Assembly: GCA_965220745.1 (NCBI GenBank)
Contig: CBDCQT010000005.1
Span: 32,001-96,000 of the forward strand
DNA from: Alphaproteobacteria bacterium
GTDB lineage: Bacteria > Pseudomonadota > Alphaproteobacteria > UBA828
DNA length: 64,000 nt
Direction: 5' to 3'
Positions 37,243 through 46,561 of the stretch are shown here, piece after piece (the first letter of the stretch is position 1; each line of letters opens with the position of its first letter). The notes beneath the pieces are model-generated. The model was not told the DNA's origin. It made no database searches and worked only from the letters and a program-made list of their open reading frames with translations. Both the position numbers and the translations under genes were made by a program.

Positions 37243-38088
37243 CTGCTCTATTGCGCCTTCCACGTGACCAATGCCCATCTGTTCAACATCGGCGTCTTCC
37301 CATGGATGACGATCGCGGCCACGACGATCCTGTTCTCTCCGGAATGGCCCACCGTCCTCGGCAGGCGGATCGGTGCTGCTCTGACGTGGCTCCGGCTGCC
37401 ACGGCCGCCCGTGCCGGCGTGGATCGGCCACACGGTACGGATCGTCGGCGGCAGGCCGGCGGCAGGCGAGGGAGGGCACGCCGCCTTCCGGCCCCTGCAC
37501 CCGGCGGCGCTGGCGGCGCTCGTCCTCTACGCCCTGGTTCAGGTCTGGCTACCGGTCCGCGACACCCTCTTCGAGGGATACGTGGGATGGACGGAAGAGG
37601 GCCAAAAATTCTCGTGGCGCATGATGCTCTACGTCCACGGCGCGGACGGGCGCCTCATCGCCGTCACGCCGGAGGGCGAGGCCTGGGTCATCGACATGCC
37701 GGCACACCTCGACCCCCTGCAGACCTGGATGGTGTTCGCCAAGCCCGAGATGCTGCTGCACTTCGCTCACCTGATGAAGGAGCACTACGCGGAGACCGGC
37801 GTGGGCGAGGTACGGATCTACGCCGACGTCGTCAAGAACGTGAACGGTCAGCCCTACCGGCGCCTCATCGACCCCGACACAGACCTCGCCGCCGTCGACG
37901 GGATGAACTGGTTCGCAGAAGACCCCTGGGTGCTCCGCCCCGGACGGATGCAGGCTGCCGAGGGTCTGGTCCCCGACTGGTATCCGCCCATCACTGCCGA
38001 CCGCTTCGACGTCATGCTGGATGCGTTCGGGAATGCGGAGCCATCCCCGCAAAGCGGGACCGCCGCCGCCCGCAAGGCGCAGGAGTGA
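37243..38088 (+). pseudogene. 3' part of an HTTM-domain (vitamin K-dependent carboxylase-like) protein, cut by the IS
   Basis: FHVTNAHLFNIGVFPW and WTEEGQKFSWRMML; begins at the IS end. Confidence 0.8.
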
Positions 38089-38103
38089 TCCGATGGCGCG
38101 GCC

Positions 38104-38514
38104 TCAGTCCCGGAAGCGCGGCGTGCCCTTGACCAGCAACGCCGCGCGCCGCAGCCGGCGCAGCCAGGGGTAGACCGCGCGCACCCGTGCAGGGCTCGAT
38201 GCGAACCAGCGCGCGAACGTGTTGAAGCGGCCGGGGCCTGCGCTCATGACCTTGAGCGCGACCATCGCCGCGGCGCCGTGGTAGTGCCGGCCGTCGAGGA
38301 GCAGGACCATGCCCTGCTCGAGATCGAAGCCTTCACGCCGCAGCCGGGCGACGAGGTCGGGCGCCTCCCTGCCGTCGATGAGCGTAAGCGGACGACCGGC
38401 GCGCGTCTCGAACCGGGACTTCGCGACATAGTAGCTGCAGAACGGGCATTCGCCGTCATAGAGCAGGAAGGGGTCCGGCGGGCAGGTGGCTGCGGCGTCG
38501 TCCGTCTCGGCCAT
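38104..38514 (-). CDS. DCC1-like thiol-disulfide oxidoreductase (DUF393)
   Basis: LLYDGECPFC motif. Confidence 0.8.
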   Translation of the reverse strand: MAETDDAAATCPPDPFLLYDGECPFCSYYVAKSRFETRAGRPLTLIDGREAPDLVARLRREGFDLEQGMVLLLDGRHYHGAAAMVALKVMSAGPGRFNTFARWFASSPARVRAVYPWLRRLRRAALLVKGTPRFRD

Positions 38515-38589
38515 CCGTAGGGTCACTCTGGCTCCGGCTCCCCGCTCCACCCGCGAACAGTGCGCCAACCGCGCGTGGAGAACAATACG

Positions 38590-38731
38590 GCATGGTCAGG
38601 CCCTGGCCGTGAAGAAATTCTGCCCGCCGCAACGGCCTCACAATTTTCTCAGGCTTGTAACGCTTCCTTGCCATCGCCGATCCTCCTCATTCCATAACCC
38701 AAGGGTGGACCAATCCTATGGGGGAGGATCG
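38590..38731 (-). mobile_element. Degenerate left-end remnant of the same IS3 element
   Basis: Diverged inverted repeat plus MARKRYKPEKIV...; about 140 bp only. Confidence 0.8.
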
Positions 38732-38860
38732 CGTCCGTGCGGCGCCAACCTGATGGCGCTCGAAATCCCGACGCAGAGGTGCGCCAGCGGCAGGTGGACA
38801 GGTGAAAGCTCGCTCTGTGTACAAGTGATACACAAATATTGAATGCCGATTGACAGGCCG

Positions 38861-38953
38861 ATGGTGCAGGACGGTCGCCTGGCCATTCCGCGTGGCGGTT
38901 ACCTGCTGAAGCGAGGCCGGGGCCGCATCTTAGTCGAGCGCCGAAAGGCCTAG
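38861..38953 (+). pseudogene. C-terminal remnant paralogous to 31366-31656
   Basis: MVQDGRLAIPRGGYLLKRGRGRILVE versus GTLAIPRGGYLIRRGRGRIIVE. Confidence 0.7.
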
Positions 38954-39082
38954 GCGCCGGGCCGTCGTGATGGCCTCGCGCCGAAGAGGCTGTCGGGGAT
39001 AGGGTCCAGTTGAGGACCGATTCGGCGGCAGAACAGCACCGGCACGTTGCATTGAACACTGTTCGTGTGTATATAATTGCGT

Positions 39083-39265
39083 ATGCCGCGCAACAGTCGC
39101 GAGATCGTCAAGCGTCTCAAGGCCGAAGGCTACGAGCTGGTGAGCGTCAAGGGTTCCCATCACAAGTTCAGGAAGGGCGAGATCACAGTCGTGGTGCCGC
39201 ACCCGAAGAAGGACTTGCCGTTGGGCACAGCGCGAAGCATCGCGAGGCGAGTCGGCTGGATCTGA
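39083..39265 (+). CDS. hicA: HicA toxin
   Basis: KGSHHKF...VPHPKKDLPLGT; TATAAT at 39072. Confidence 0.9.
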   Translation: MPRNSREIVKRLKAEGYELVSVKGSHHKFRKGEITVVVPHPKKDLPLGTARSIARRVGWI

Positions 39266-39275
39266 GGAGGCAGGC

Positions 39276-39665
39276 ATGCACTACGTGGCCGTCATCGACA
39301 AGGACCCCGGCAGCGCCTACGGGATCCAGTTCCCCGAGGTGCCGGGATGCTTTTCGGCCGCCGACAGCTTCGAGGAGATCGTGCCCAACGCGATCGAGGC
39401 GTTGAGCCTGTTCTTCGAGGACGGCGAGCCGGTGCCGCCGCGTGGCATCGAAGCCGTGCGCGATGAGGTTGCGGGGAACATCGCGGAGGGTGCTGTCCTC
39501 ATGATGATTCCTTACGTCCAGAACCGGAAGAGGGTAGTGCGGGTGAACCTGAGCCTGGAGAAGGGGTTCCTCGATACGCTGGACGAGGCGGCGCGGATGC
39601 GCGGGATGACGCGCTCGGCGTTCGTCCAGAAGGCGGCCACGCGGGAAATCATCGACCCGGCGTGA
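39276..39665 (+). CDS. hicB: HicB antitoxin
   Basis: YGIQFPEVPGCFSA plus C-terminal RHH (RVNLSL...TRSAF). Confidence 0.9.
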   Translation: MHYVAVIDKDPGSAYGIQFPEVPGCFSAADSFEEIVPNAIEALSLFFEDGEPVPPRGIEAVRDEVAGNIAEGAVLMMIPYVQNRKRVVRVNLSLEKGFLDTLDEAARMRGMTRSAFVQKAATREIIDPA

Positions 39666-39702
39666 CGCGGGCATGGGTGGTGGCGCCCGTCTCGGGTGCC
39701 TG

Positions 39703-39840
39703 CTTTGTCATCATCTCCAGGACCTCATGGCGCTCCATGACCGGCCTCCCCCAGGCTGTTGTAGCGTTGGCAGTCGGCCACGGGCTGGTGCCGCAGCTGC
39801 AGGCCCTCGGGTGTCGGGATGGTCGCCGGGGGCGCGGCCC
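39703..39840 (-). pseudogene. IS21-family istA/istB junction remnant
   Basis: PPATIPTPEGLQLRHQPVADCQRYNSL (IstA C-terminus) overlaps MERHEVLEMMTK (IstB start at 39738). Confidence 0.65.
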
Positions 39841-40078
39841 GCCAGACGGGTTCGCAGGCGGCCGAGTGTGTCGGGCAGCCGCCGGCCGGATGCTTACTGT
39901 CCGAACGCAGGGTGATTTCGCGTCTGGCAAACTACTGGTAAACAATGGGATTCCACATTCGGTCGGCGAATGGCGATGTTTCCGAGCGCTACCGCACCTG
40001 CTGGTGATCTTCTCTGTCGATACGCCAGACCGACTTGACGTGAGGCGCGGCCGGAAAACGATGCGCCGGCGGGGGCGT

Positions 40079-41158
40079 TCAGAGAGGGCCGTCGCGGTAG
40101 CCGTAAGGGGCGGTCTCCGCCTCGCACGCCTGCCAGGTGCCGATGGTGCCGGTGGTGTCCAGGCTCTCCAGGCACAGTGCCGCCACCGAGACCGCGAGCT
40201 TGAGGCCGCGCGGCACCGGCCACCCTTCGTGCAGGCCGTAGACGAGCCCGGCCGCGAAGGCGTCGCCTGCGCCGACCGCGCTCACGATGCGCGAATTGGG
40301 CCAGCGCACGGCCGCCTGCGCGTGCAGGGCGCCATCGGCATCGATCGCGACCCCGCCTTCGGGGAAGTGGATGGCCGCCACCTGCCGGACCCCCATCTCG
40401 CGGAGCCGCCGGCACGCCCGCCCCGCCGCCGCCCAGTCGAGGACCCCCTCGGGGCGGATGTCGATCTCCGTCGCCGCCTCGCCCTCCAGGTCGTTGATGA
40501 CGATGCTGTCGAGCAGGGGAAGGCACGGCCGCACGATGGGGCGCAGGATGTCGCCCTCCAGGCTCGCCATCTCCATGTTCGTGCGGAAGCCGAGCGCGCG
40601 GGCGCGCGCCAGGACCCGCGTCCAGCCGTTGCCGCCGTCCGGATGCGGCCGGTCCAGGCGAGGGTGAAGCCCAGGGGCGCCCACGTGGAAGATGCGGGCG
40701 CGCGACGCGGCGGGATCGGCGTGGCTCTCGTCCAGCAGGTCGGCGGTCCCGCGAAAGAAGAAGAAGGTCCGTCGGCCGGTCGCCTGCGACGCCAGCACCT
40801 CGACGTAGACTTGCGGCGCCTCGCGGGTGAGGGTCATGCCGTCCGCCGAGATGCCGTGCCGGGCGAGCGCGTCGAGGACCACTTGGCCGTTCTCGTCGTC
40901 GCCGAGGAGGCCGTGGCACTCGACCCGCATGTCCGGATCCAGCCGGCGCAGGTTCGCCGCGATGTTGTAGCCCGGCCCGCCGGGCGCGAGATGGCGGCGG
41001 CTGATGTAGGTCATCCGGTCCTCGGGCGGGTAGTCATCGATGACAAGGTTGTGGTCGGTGATGAAGGACCCGAAGGTCAACACGCCGCTTCTTCGTTTCG
41101 CCATCCGTCGTGCCTCCGCCCTGCCGCTGGCCCCCGCCGGTCGTCTCGTGCCGCTCAA
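40079..41158 (-). CDS. PfkB-family carbohydrate kinase (start may be 41104)
   Basis: PGGPGYN, GLLGDD, INDLE and SAVGAGDAFAAG. Confidence 0.88.
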   Translation of the reverse strand: MSGTRRPAGASGRAEARRMAKRRSGVLTFGSFITDHNLVIDDYPPEDRMTYISRRHLAPGGPGYNIAANLRRLDPDMRVECHGLLGDDENGQVVLDALARHGISADGMTLTREAPQVYVEVLASQATGRRTFFFFRGTADLLDESHADPAASRARIFHVGAPGLHPRLDRPHPDGGNGWTRVLARARALGFRTNMEMASLEGDILRPIVRPCLPLLDSIVINDLEGEAATEIDIRPEGVLDWAAAGRACRRLREMGVRQVAAIHFPEGGVAIDADGALHAQAAVRWPNSRIVSAVGAGDAFAAGLVYGLHEGWPVPRGLKLAVSVAALCLESLDTTGTIGTWQACEAETAPYGYRDGPL

Positions 41159-42150
41159 GCCCCAGGCAGAAGGGCCGGCTCGGTGATCCGGAGGTCCTCG
41201 TCGAGGGCGCGGGCCGGCACGAGGCCGTCCGCCCGGATCGCGGCGTGATATTCGTGCACGGCCTCCTCCGGCGACAGCGCGCCGTCGACCACCCGTCGCA
41301 TGTGGCGGACCATCTCAAGCGGAGCCTCCGCGAGCTTGATCTTGCGGCCGAAGAGGGCCACCCGAGCGCCGCCCCGCTGGGCATCCGCGAGGAGCTGGAA
41401 GGTGTCGCGGTTGGTCCCCGCCGCCCCGCCAAGGATTCCCACGACCAGCTCGGGGTCGTAGGAGCAGAGCTCGGTCATCGCGCGCGGGCCGTTGTAGGCG
41501 ATCTTGAGGAAGCTGGGCCGCTCCGCTCGCGTCAGACCCGCGAGGCAGCGGATGATACAGTCTCCGACGTAGGCGCCGGTCTCCTCTAGCGAGGCGAGGC
41601 CTGCGTCGACGTTGGGGTTGAACACCTCCAGGAAGTAGCGCATGCCGCAGCGCGCCGCGTCCTCGCGGAAGTCCGCGAACGCCTCGAGACTCCGCAGGTC
41701 GTCGTTCACGCTGTTGTTGAAGGTGATCGAGTAGAGACAGAGGTCGCACCCGAGCTCGCGCGCGCGGGAGAGCGAAGCGGTGCGGAACGGCCGCGACGGC
41801 GCGAGCGGGTAGCCGCCTCCCCGCACGCCCCAGATGTCCGTGGTGTCGTTGGCGCGAATAGCGGGGGTGACCGGCGAGCTCTCGAAGATCTCCTTCCCGA
41901 GCCGCTCCAGGGTCGAAGACGAGACCAGCATCACGTCCACGATTCCCTGGCTGGTGATCGCCCGGATCTCGTCGAGGTACCCAGAAAGCGGCCGGAACGC
42001 ATCGAGCAGCCGCCCGTCCGCGCCGCGCTCCGGGCCGGGGGCGGGCCGCCCGCCACCCATGTCGGCGTCCTTGGCGTCCGCGATGATGAAGTCGGTCCTC
42101 GCGCCGCTTCCCCGCAGGATTGCGCCGAGCTTTCGATCAAGTGTCTTCAT
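41155..42150 (-). CDS. Putative class I aldolase-like TIM-barrel protein
   Basis: FLEVF, FLKIAY (Schiff-base Lys candidate), ILGG and ALFGRKI; lies next to the PfkB gene. Confidence 0.6.
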   Translation of the reverse strand: MKTLDRKLGAILRGSGARTDFIIADAKDADMGGGRPAPGPERGADGRLLDAFRPLSGYLDEIRAITSQGIVDVMLVSSSTLERLGKEIFESSPVTPAIRANDTTDIWGVRGGGYPLAPSRPFRTASLSRARELGCDLCLYSITFNNSVNDDLRSLEAFADFREDAARCGMRYFLEVFNPNVDAGLASLEETGAYVGDCIIRCLAGLTRAERPSFLKIAYNGPRAMTELCSYDPELVVGILGGAAGTNRDTFQLLADAQRGGARVALFGRKIKLAEAPLEMVRHMRRVVDGALSPEEAVHEYHAAIRADGLVPARALDEDLRITEPALLPGA

Positions 42151-42337
42151 GCAGGTCGCTCCCCAGGGTCGTGTCGCCCGTCTCGTTCCGCGTCACATCG
42201 ACGGGCCGGATTCTCCGGATTCGCAAATCCTGGCGCAACCGAGCCGAAGGGCGCGATCGCGAAAGCGGCCTCTAGGCTTGCCTTGCAGCGGCCGGGAGTG
42301 ACAGGATTCCGGGGCGCCAGCAGGAAGGAGCCCTGCC

Positions 42338-43180
42338 ATACTCTCGCGCCGTCGCTTTCTCACAATCTCTGCCGCAGCGGCGCTGCTGCCCTCGGCGGCC
42401 CGCGCCGCCGGCGCGCCGCTGCCGATCTTCGACGCCCATATCCATTTCAGCCACGACGCAGCCGAGCGGTTATCCGCCGGCGAAGCTGTCGCGATTCTGG
42501 AGACGGCGGGGCTGAAGCGGGCGCTGGTGTCGAGTTCGGGCGATGCCGGCACCCGCGCGCTCTACGCCGCCGCGCCGGACCTTGTCCTGCCCAGCCTGCG
42601 CCCCTACCGCCGGCGTGGTGAGATCAGCAGCTGGGTCGACGATTCGTCGGTGATCGACTTCCTCGAGGACCGTCTGGAGCGCTTTAGGTGGGTCGCGGTC
42701 GGCGAGTTCCACCTCTTCGCTTCGCAGACAGACAAGGCCGTTCCGCGGCGCATGATCGAGCTGGCGCGGCAGCACAATCTTCTCCTGCACGCCCATTCGG
42801 ACGCCGGCGCGGTCGACGGGATCTTCGCCCAATGGCCGGAAGCGCGGGTGCTGTGGGCCCATGCCGGCTTCGTCGGCCCGGATGTCGTCGGCCCGATGCT
42901 CGGGAAGCACGCGAATCTCTGGACCGATCTGGCCTTCCGCAGCGAACACGCCTATGACGGCCTGGTCGACGACGACTGGCGAGGCCTGTTCGCCGCCTTC
43001 CCGGACCGCGTCATGGTCGGCACCGACACTTTCACGCCGGAGCGCTGGCACTATGTCGTCCAGCACGCCGAGTGGAGCAGGGAATGGCTGGCCGACCTGC
43101 CGCCCGACCTCGCCGAAAAGATCGCTTGGCGTAACGGCGAGGCGATGATCCGGCCGCACTTGGCAAACCTCCAAACATAA
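42338..43180 (+). CDS. Tat-exported amidohydrolase-family protein with apparent ATA start
   Basis: AAGGAG-7 nt-ATA, then LSRRRFL signal, FDAHIH, VGEFH, WAHAG and VGTD. Confidence 0.7.
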   Translation: MLSRRRFLTISAAAALLPSAARAAGAPLPIFDAHIHFSHDAAERLSAGEAVAILETAGLKRALVSSSGDAGTRALYAAAPDLVLPSLRPYRRRGEISSWVDDSSVIDFLEDRLERFRWVAVGEFHLFASQTDKAVPRRMIELARQHNLLLHAHSDAGAVDGIFAQWPEARVLWAHAGFVGPDVVGPMLGKHANLWTDLAFRSEHAYDGLVDDDWRGLFAAFPDRVMVGTDTFTPERWHYVVQHAEWSREWLADLPPDLAEKIAWRNGEAMIRPHLANLQT

Positions 43181-43182
43181 CC

Positions 43183-43593
43183 GTGGCCCGGTGGCGCCTC
43201 GGCGGAGCGGCGCTGGCGGCCGCGTTTGCCCTCGTTCTCGCGGCCGGCCAGGCGGCGGCCTGCGACCGTCCGCAGGGCTGGACTGGCGGCACGAAAACCG
43301 CCGGCGCGCTATGGACGGCATGGTGGCGATCGGAACCCGCCGCCATCCCGGTCGGCGCCCATTTTTCCATCCGTTTCCATCTGTGCGGGCCGCCGGTCGA
43401 CCGGGTCAAGGTGCGCGGCTGGATGCCGGACCACCGGCACGGCATGAACTATCGGCCAGGGGTGATCCTGGACGGCCTGTCCGGAACGGCCGAAGGCCTG
43501 ATGTTCCACATGCCGGGTCGCTGGCAACTGATTCTGGATGTCCGCGGTAAGGCGGGCCGGGAGACGCTGACCGCGGAGGCGGTGCTGGAGTGA
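43183..43593 (+). CDS. Secreted YtkA/FixH-like protein
   Basis: Signal peptide; MPDHRHGMN and FHMPGRWQL. Confidence 0.7.
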   Translation: MARWRLGGAALAAAFALVLAAGQAAACDRPQGWTGGTKTAGALWTAWWRSEPAAIPVGAHFSIRFHLCGPPVDRVKVRGWMPDHRHGMNYRPGVILDGLSGTAEGLMFHMPGRWQLILDVRGKAGRETLTAEAVLE

Positions 43594-44804
43594 CACCCTG
43601 GCGTTCCGGCGGGTCGCTCGCCGCCATGCTGTCGGGATTTGTATTCTTGATCTGCGTACTCTCGGGCATCGCCGAGCCAGCGCCGGCGCTCGACTTCACT
43701 GCCGAGGAAACGCGCCGAATCCTGCGCCACGGGCCATGGCCGCCGGCCTTGCAGCCCGATCCGAGCAACCGGGTCTCCGGCAAACCGGCCGCCATCGCCT
43801 TCGGCCGGGCGCTGTTCTTCGATCCGCGCCTGTCGTCCTCCGGCGCTGTCTCCTGCGCAACCTGTCATCAGCCGGACCGGGCCTGGACCGACGGCCTGCC
43901 GCGCAGTCGCGGGCATCGGACCGTCGGCCGCAACGCGCCCAGCCTGTTCAATCTGCGCTTCAACCGCTGGTTCGGCTGGGACGGCGCGCAGGACTCGCTG
44001 TGGGCGCAGAACCTGCGGCCCCTGCTCGACGGCCGCGAAATGGGTATCGGCCCCGGCGGCGCGGCGGGGCTGGTTCGCTCCGACCGGCAGCTTTCCTGCG
44101 GCTATCGGCGTGCTTTCGGCGAAGCGCCCGGCGCAGACGACGAACGGATATTCATCGATCTCGGCAAGGCGCTGGCGGCGTTCCTGGAAATCCAAGTCAC
44201 CGGCCGCACGCCGTTCGATGAGTTCCGCGACGCCCTGGCCCGCGACGATGCGGCCGGGCAGGCCCGCTATCCCGCCGCCGCCCAGCGCGGCCTGCGCCTT
44301 TTCGTGGGCCGGGGCAATTGCGCCTTCTGCCATTTCGGCCCGGCCTTCACCAACGGCGAGTTCGCCGATGCCGGCGTGCCGCATTTCGTCGAACCCGGCC
44401 GGGTCGATCCCGGCCGGCACGGCGGCATCCAGAAATTGCGCCAGAGCCCGTACACCCTGCTGGGCCGCTTCAACGACGATGCAGAGCGCTCCACCGCCGC
44501 CAAGACCCGCTATGTTGACCTGCGCCAGAGCAACTTCGGCGAGTTCCGGGTGCCGGGTCTGCGCAACGTGGCGCTCACCGCGCCCTACATGCATGCCGGC
44601 AGCCTCGCGACGCTCGCCGACGTCGCCCATCACTATTCGACGATCGACGAGGAACGGCTGCACGCCGGGGGTGAACGGATTCTGCGCCGCCTCGACCTGA
44701 GCGCACGTGAACAGGCCGATCTCGTCGCCTTTCTCGAAGCGCTGACGGAAAGGGAACCTCGTCACGAACTCGTAGAGAAAACCGGCAACGCCGTGTGCCG
44801 ATAG
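43590..44804 (+). CDS. Di-heme cytochrome c peroxidase/MauG (MbnH-like) family protein
   Basis: LFFDPRLS, CATCH, WDG, CAFCH and TAPYMHAG. Confidence 0.9.
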   Translation: MTPWRSGGSLAAMLSGFVFLICVLSGIAEPAPALDFTAEETRRILRHGPWPPALQPDPSNRVSGKPAAIAFGRALFFDPRLSSSGAVSCATCHQPDRAWTDGLPRSRGHRTVGRNAPSLFNLRFNRWFGWDGAQDSLWAQNLRPLLDGREMGIGPGGAAGLVRSDRQLSCGYRRAFGEAPGADDERIFIDLGKALAAFLEIQVTGRTPFDEFRDALARDDAAGQARYPAAAQRGLRLFVGRGNCAFCHFGPAFTNGEFADAGVPHFVEPGRVDPGRHGGIQKLRQSPYTLLGRFNDDAERSTAAKTRYVDLRQSNFGEFRVPGLRNVALTAPYMHAGSLATLADVAHHYSTIDEERLHAGGERILRRLDLSAREQADLVAFLEALTEREPRHELVEKTGNAVCR

Positions 44805-44871
44805 CATCCAGTCACCGCCATGCCTTGTTGCATCGAACAGAGGCGTTCATGTTGGCCGAACGATAGTGGCT

Positions 44872-45342
44872 TCAATCCCCCGCGAACGCGATCAATCGCC
44901 CACAGACAAGTGCTCCAAGCCAGCAAATCGTCGAGAGGACGGCGTGACCGATCAGGCGGGTGCGCGGGGTGTCCTTGAGCAGGAACCCATGGGACCAACA
45001 CAGAGCGAGAGTGGACAGGACCCCGACAGCGATGAATGCCAGCTTGAGTTGTAGGAATACGACGCCGCTGTATTCCTGCGCTCGGACCGAGAACAGCAGC
45101 GGTCCCGTGATCAGAGCAAGGGTCAGCCCGCTCGCCGCAACGGGCGCGAGCACCCGCACGACCGCTTCGCGAGTGATACCGCGCCACACGCCAAGGAGCC
45201 GCAGGTTGAGCGGGACGACGGATCCGATCAGCAAGGCGATTGCGAAGATGTGCGCGGCGTTGAGGGCGGCATAGCCCCAGCGGGAACCCCGCAGAGTTTG
45301 CGCCAGACCCGTCTCCTCGAGCGCTGCGAACAGGGCATCCAA
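44872..45342 (-). CDS. Membrane protein (DUF2214/DUF6644-like)
   Basis: Four TM segments; AAHIFAIALL, TGPLLF and GRLIAF. Confidence 0.7.
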   Translation of the reverse strand: MDALFAALEETGLAQTLRGSRWGYAALNAAHIFAIALLIGSVVPLNLRLLGVWRGITREAVVRVLAPVAASGLTLALITGPLLFSVRAQEYSGVVFLQLKLAFIAVGVLSTLALCWSHGFLLKDTPRTRLIGHAVLSTICWLGALVCGRLIAFAGD

Positions 45343-45346
45343 GGTC

Positions 45347-45715
45347 TCAGTCGCGCTCGGGGTAAAGGACGTACTCCCGTTTGCCCAGGAACAGCCGTTC
45401 CACCTTGACCAGTCTTTCCGACAAGTCGGCGGCCGGCTCGCCGATCACCCGGATCTCGACCCCTTCGGCCAGATCGCCGTCCTTGAGGCCGGCGCGTTCG
45501 TTGCGCCAGGGCTGACCGACCTCGGCCGTCCACACCTCGCCCTCCACGTCGATCTTCAGGATGCCGTGGGGATTCCCCAGGCGGACGGTCTTGATGATGC
45601 CGGTCAGATCGATATTACCGCCGGTCGTCCACGACCAGCCGTGATGGGCCAGAGCCCCGACCGTCGGAGCCGTGAGTCCCAGGGCCAAGACCGTGATGAA
45701 CAAGAGCCTCTTCAT
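45347..45715 (-). CDS. Secreted DUF6152-like protein
   Basis: Signal peptide followed by AHHGW and NPH; GGAGG RBS. Confidence 0.75.
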   Translation of the reverse strand: MKRLLFITVLALGLTAPTVGALAHHGWSWTTGGNIDLTGIIKTVRLGNPHGILKIDVEGEVWTAEVGQPWRNERAGLKDGDLAEGVEIRVIGEPAADLSERLVKVERLFLGKREYVLYPERD

Positions 45716-45870
45716 CGTACGCCTCCAATGCCTCAAGCGTTGCCGAGAAGGTTGCGTCATTCGGCCCGACGTTCCAGCCGACACTTCCCAGACAACCCTC
45801 AAGTCCATGACGATCATACTCTTGGAGAACAGATGACCGTACGGTTTAGCGAGGCATTTGCTCAGGCGAG

Positions 45871-45940
45871 TATCATGCCGCCGCCCGGCGCGGCCTGCGC
45901 CTGTTCGTGGACCGGGGCAACTGCGCCTTCTGCCATTTCG
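45871..45940 (+). repeat. 70-bp diverged copy of 44268-44337 (second heme motif region of the peroxidase)
   Basis: 64/70 identical by manual alignment; encodes GNCAFCHF. Confidence 0.8.
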
Positions 45941-45957
45941 TTCTCCGAGGCGACTCT

Positions 45958-46221
45958 TCAAGGTGTCCGCCGATAGACGTCCTGTCGGTGCGCGATGCGA
46001 ACCACCAGAACGACGAGCTCATCGTCCCGGATTTCGTACACCACGCGGTAGTCCCCAACCCGGAGCCGCCGCACGCCCCGCATGTCGCCTTTCAGCGCGG
46101 CACCGAGATGAGGGGTTTTGGCCAGCCGGTCGATGGCGGCAACGATCCGCGCCCGATCTGGCTTCGCTACACGCCTCAGCTCTTTGGCGGCGCTCTCCTT
46201 AATCCGTATCGAGGAGCTCAC
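45958..46221 (-). CDS. RelE/ParE toxin
   Basis: RRLRVGDYRVVYEI...IAHRQDVYR. Confidence 0.9.
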   Translation of the reverse strand: MSSSIRIKESAAKELRRVAKPDRARIVAAIDRLAKTPHLGAALKGDMRGVRRLRVGDYRVVYEIRDDELVVLVVRIAHRQDVYRRTP

Positions 46222-46423
46222 GCCGAACTTGGTCCCAGTCCAATACCGGATCGCTCGGATCGCGGAGCCGGTCGATGGCGACGGAAAGATCGTCGAAGTC
46301 CTCGAGATAGTGCTCTACGGCGAGGCGGATGACGTCCGCGCGGCTGCGTCTGAGCTGTTGCGCGGCCGTGTCCAGCGCATCGACCATCGGATCGGGCAAT
46401 CGCGCGGTCACCTGTTGGGGCAT
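46199..46423 (-). CDS. RHH (CopG/RelB-like) antitoxin
   Basis: VTARLP...RSRADVIR...YLEDFDD; overlaps the toxin start. Confidence 0.88.
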   Translation of the reverse strand: MPQQVTARLPDPMVDALDTAAQQLRRSRADVIRLAVEHYLEDFDDLSVAIDRLRDPSDPVLDWDQVRRELLDTD

Positions 46424-46561
46424 GGCGGTTCCAACGTGGCAATTGGAGTGAATGACATTACACTACTTCACTTCAATTGCAGGGTCAATCGGGTTTGGAA
46501 GCCAGACGAGCAGGTAGACGGAACCTCGCCCACTCTGCCTTGGCGAGCTCGCCGCGCGCGG

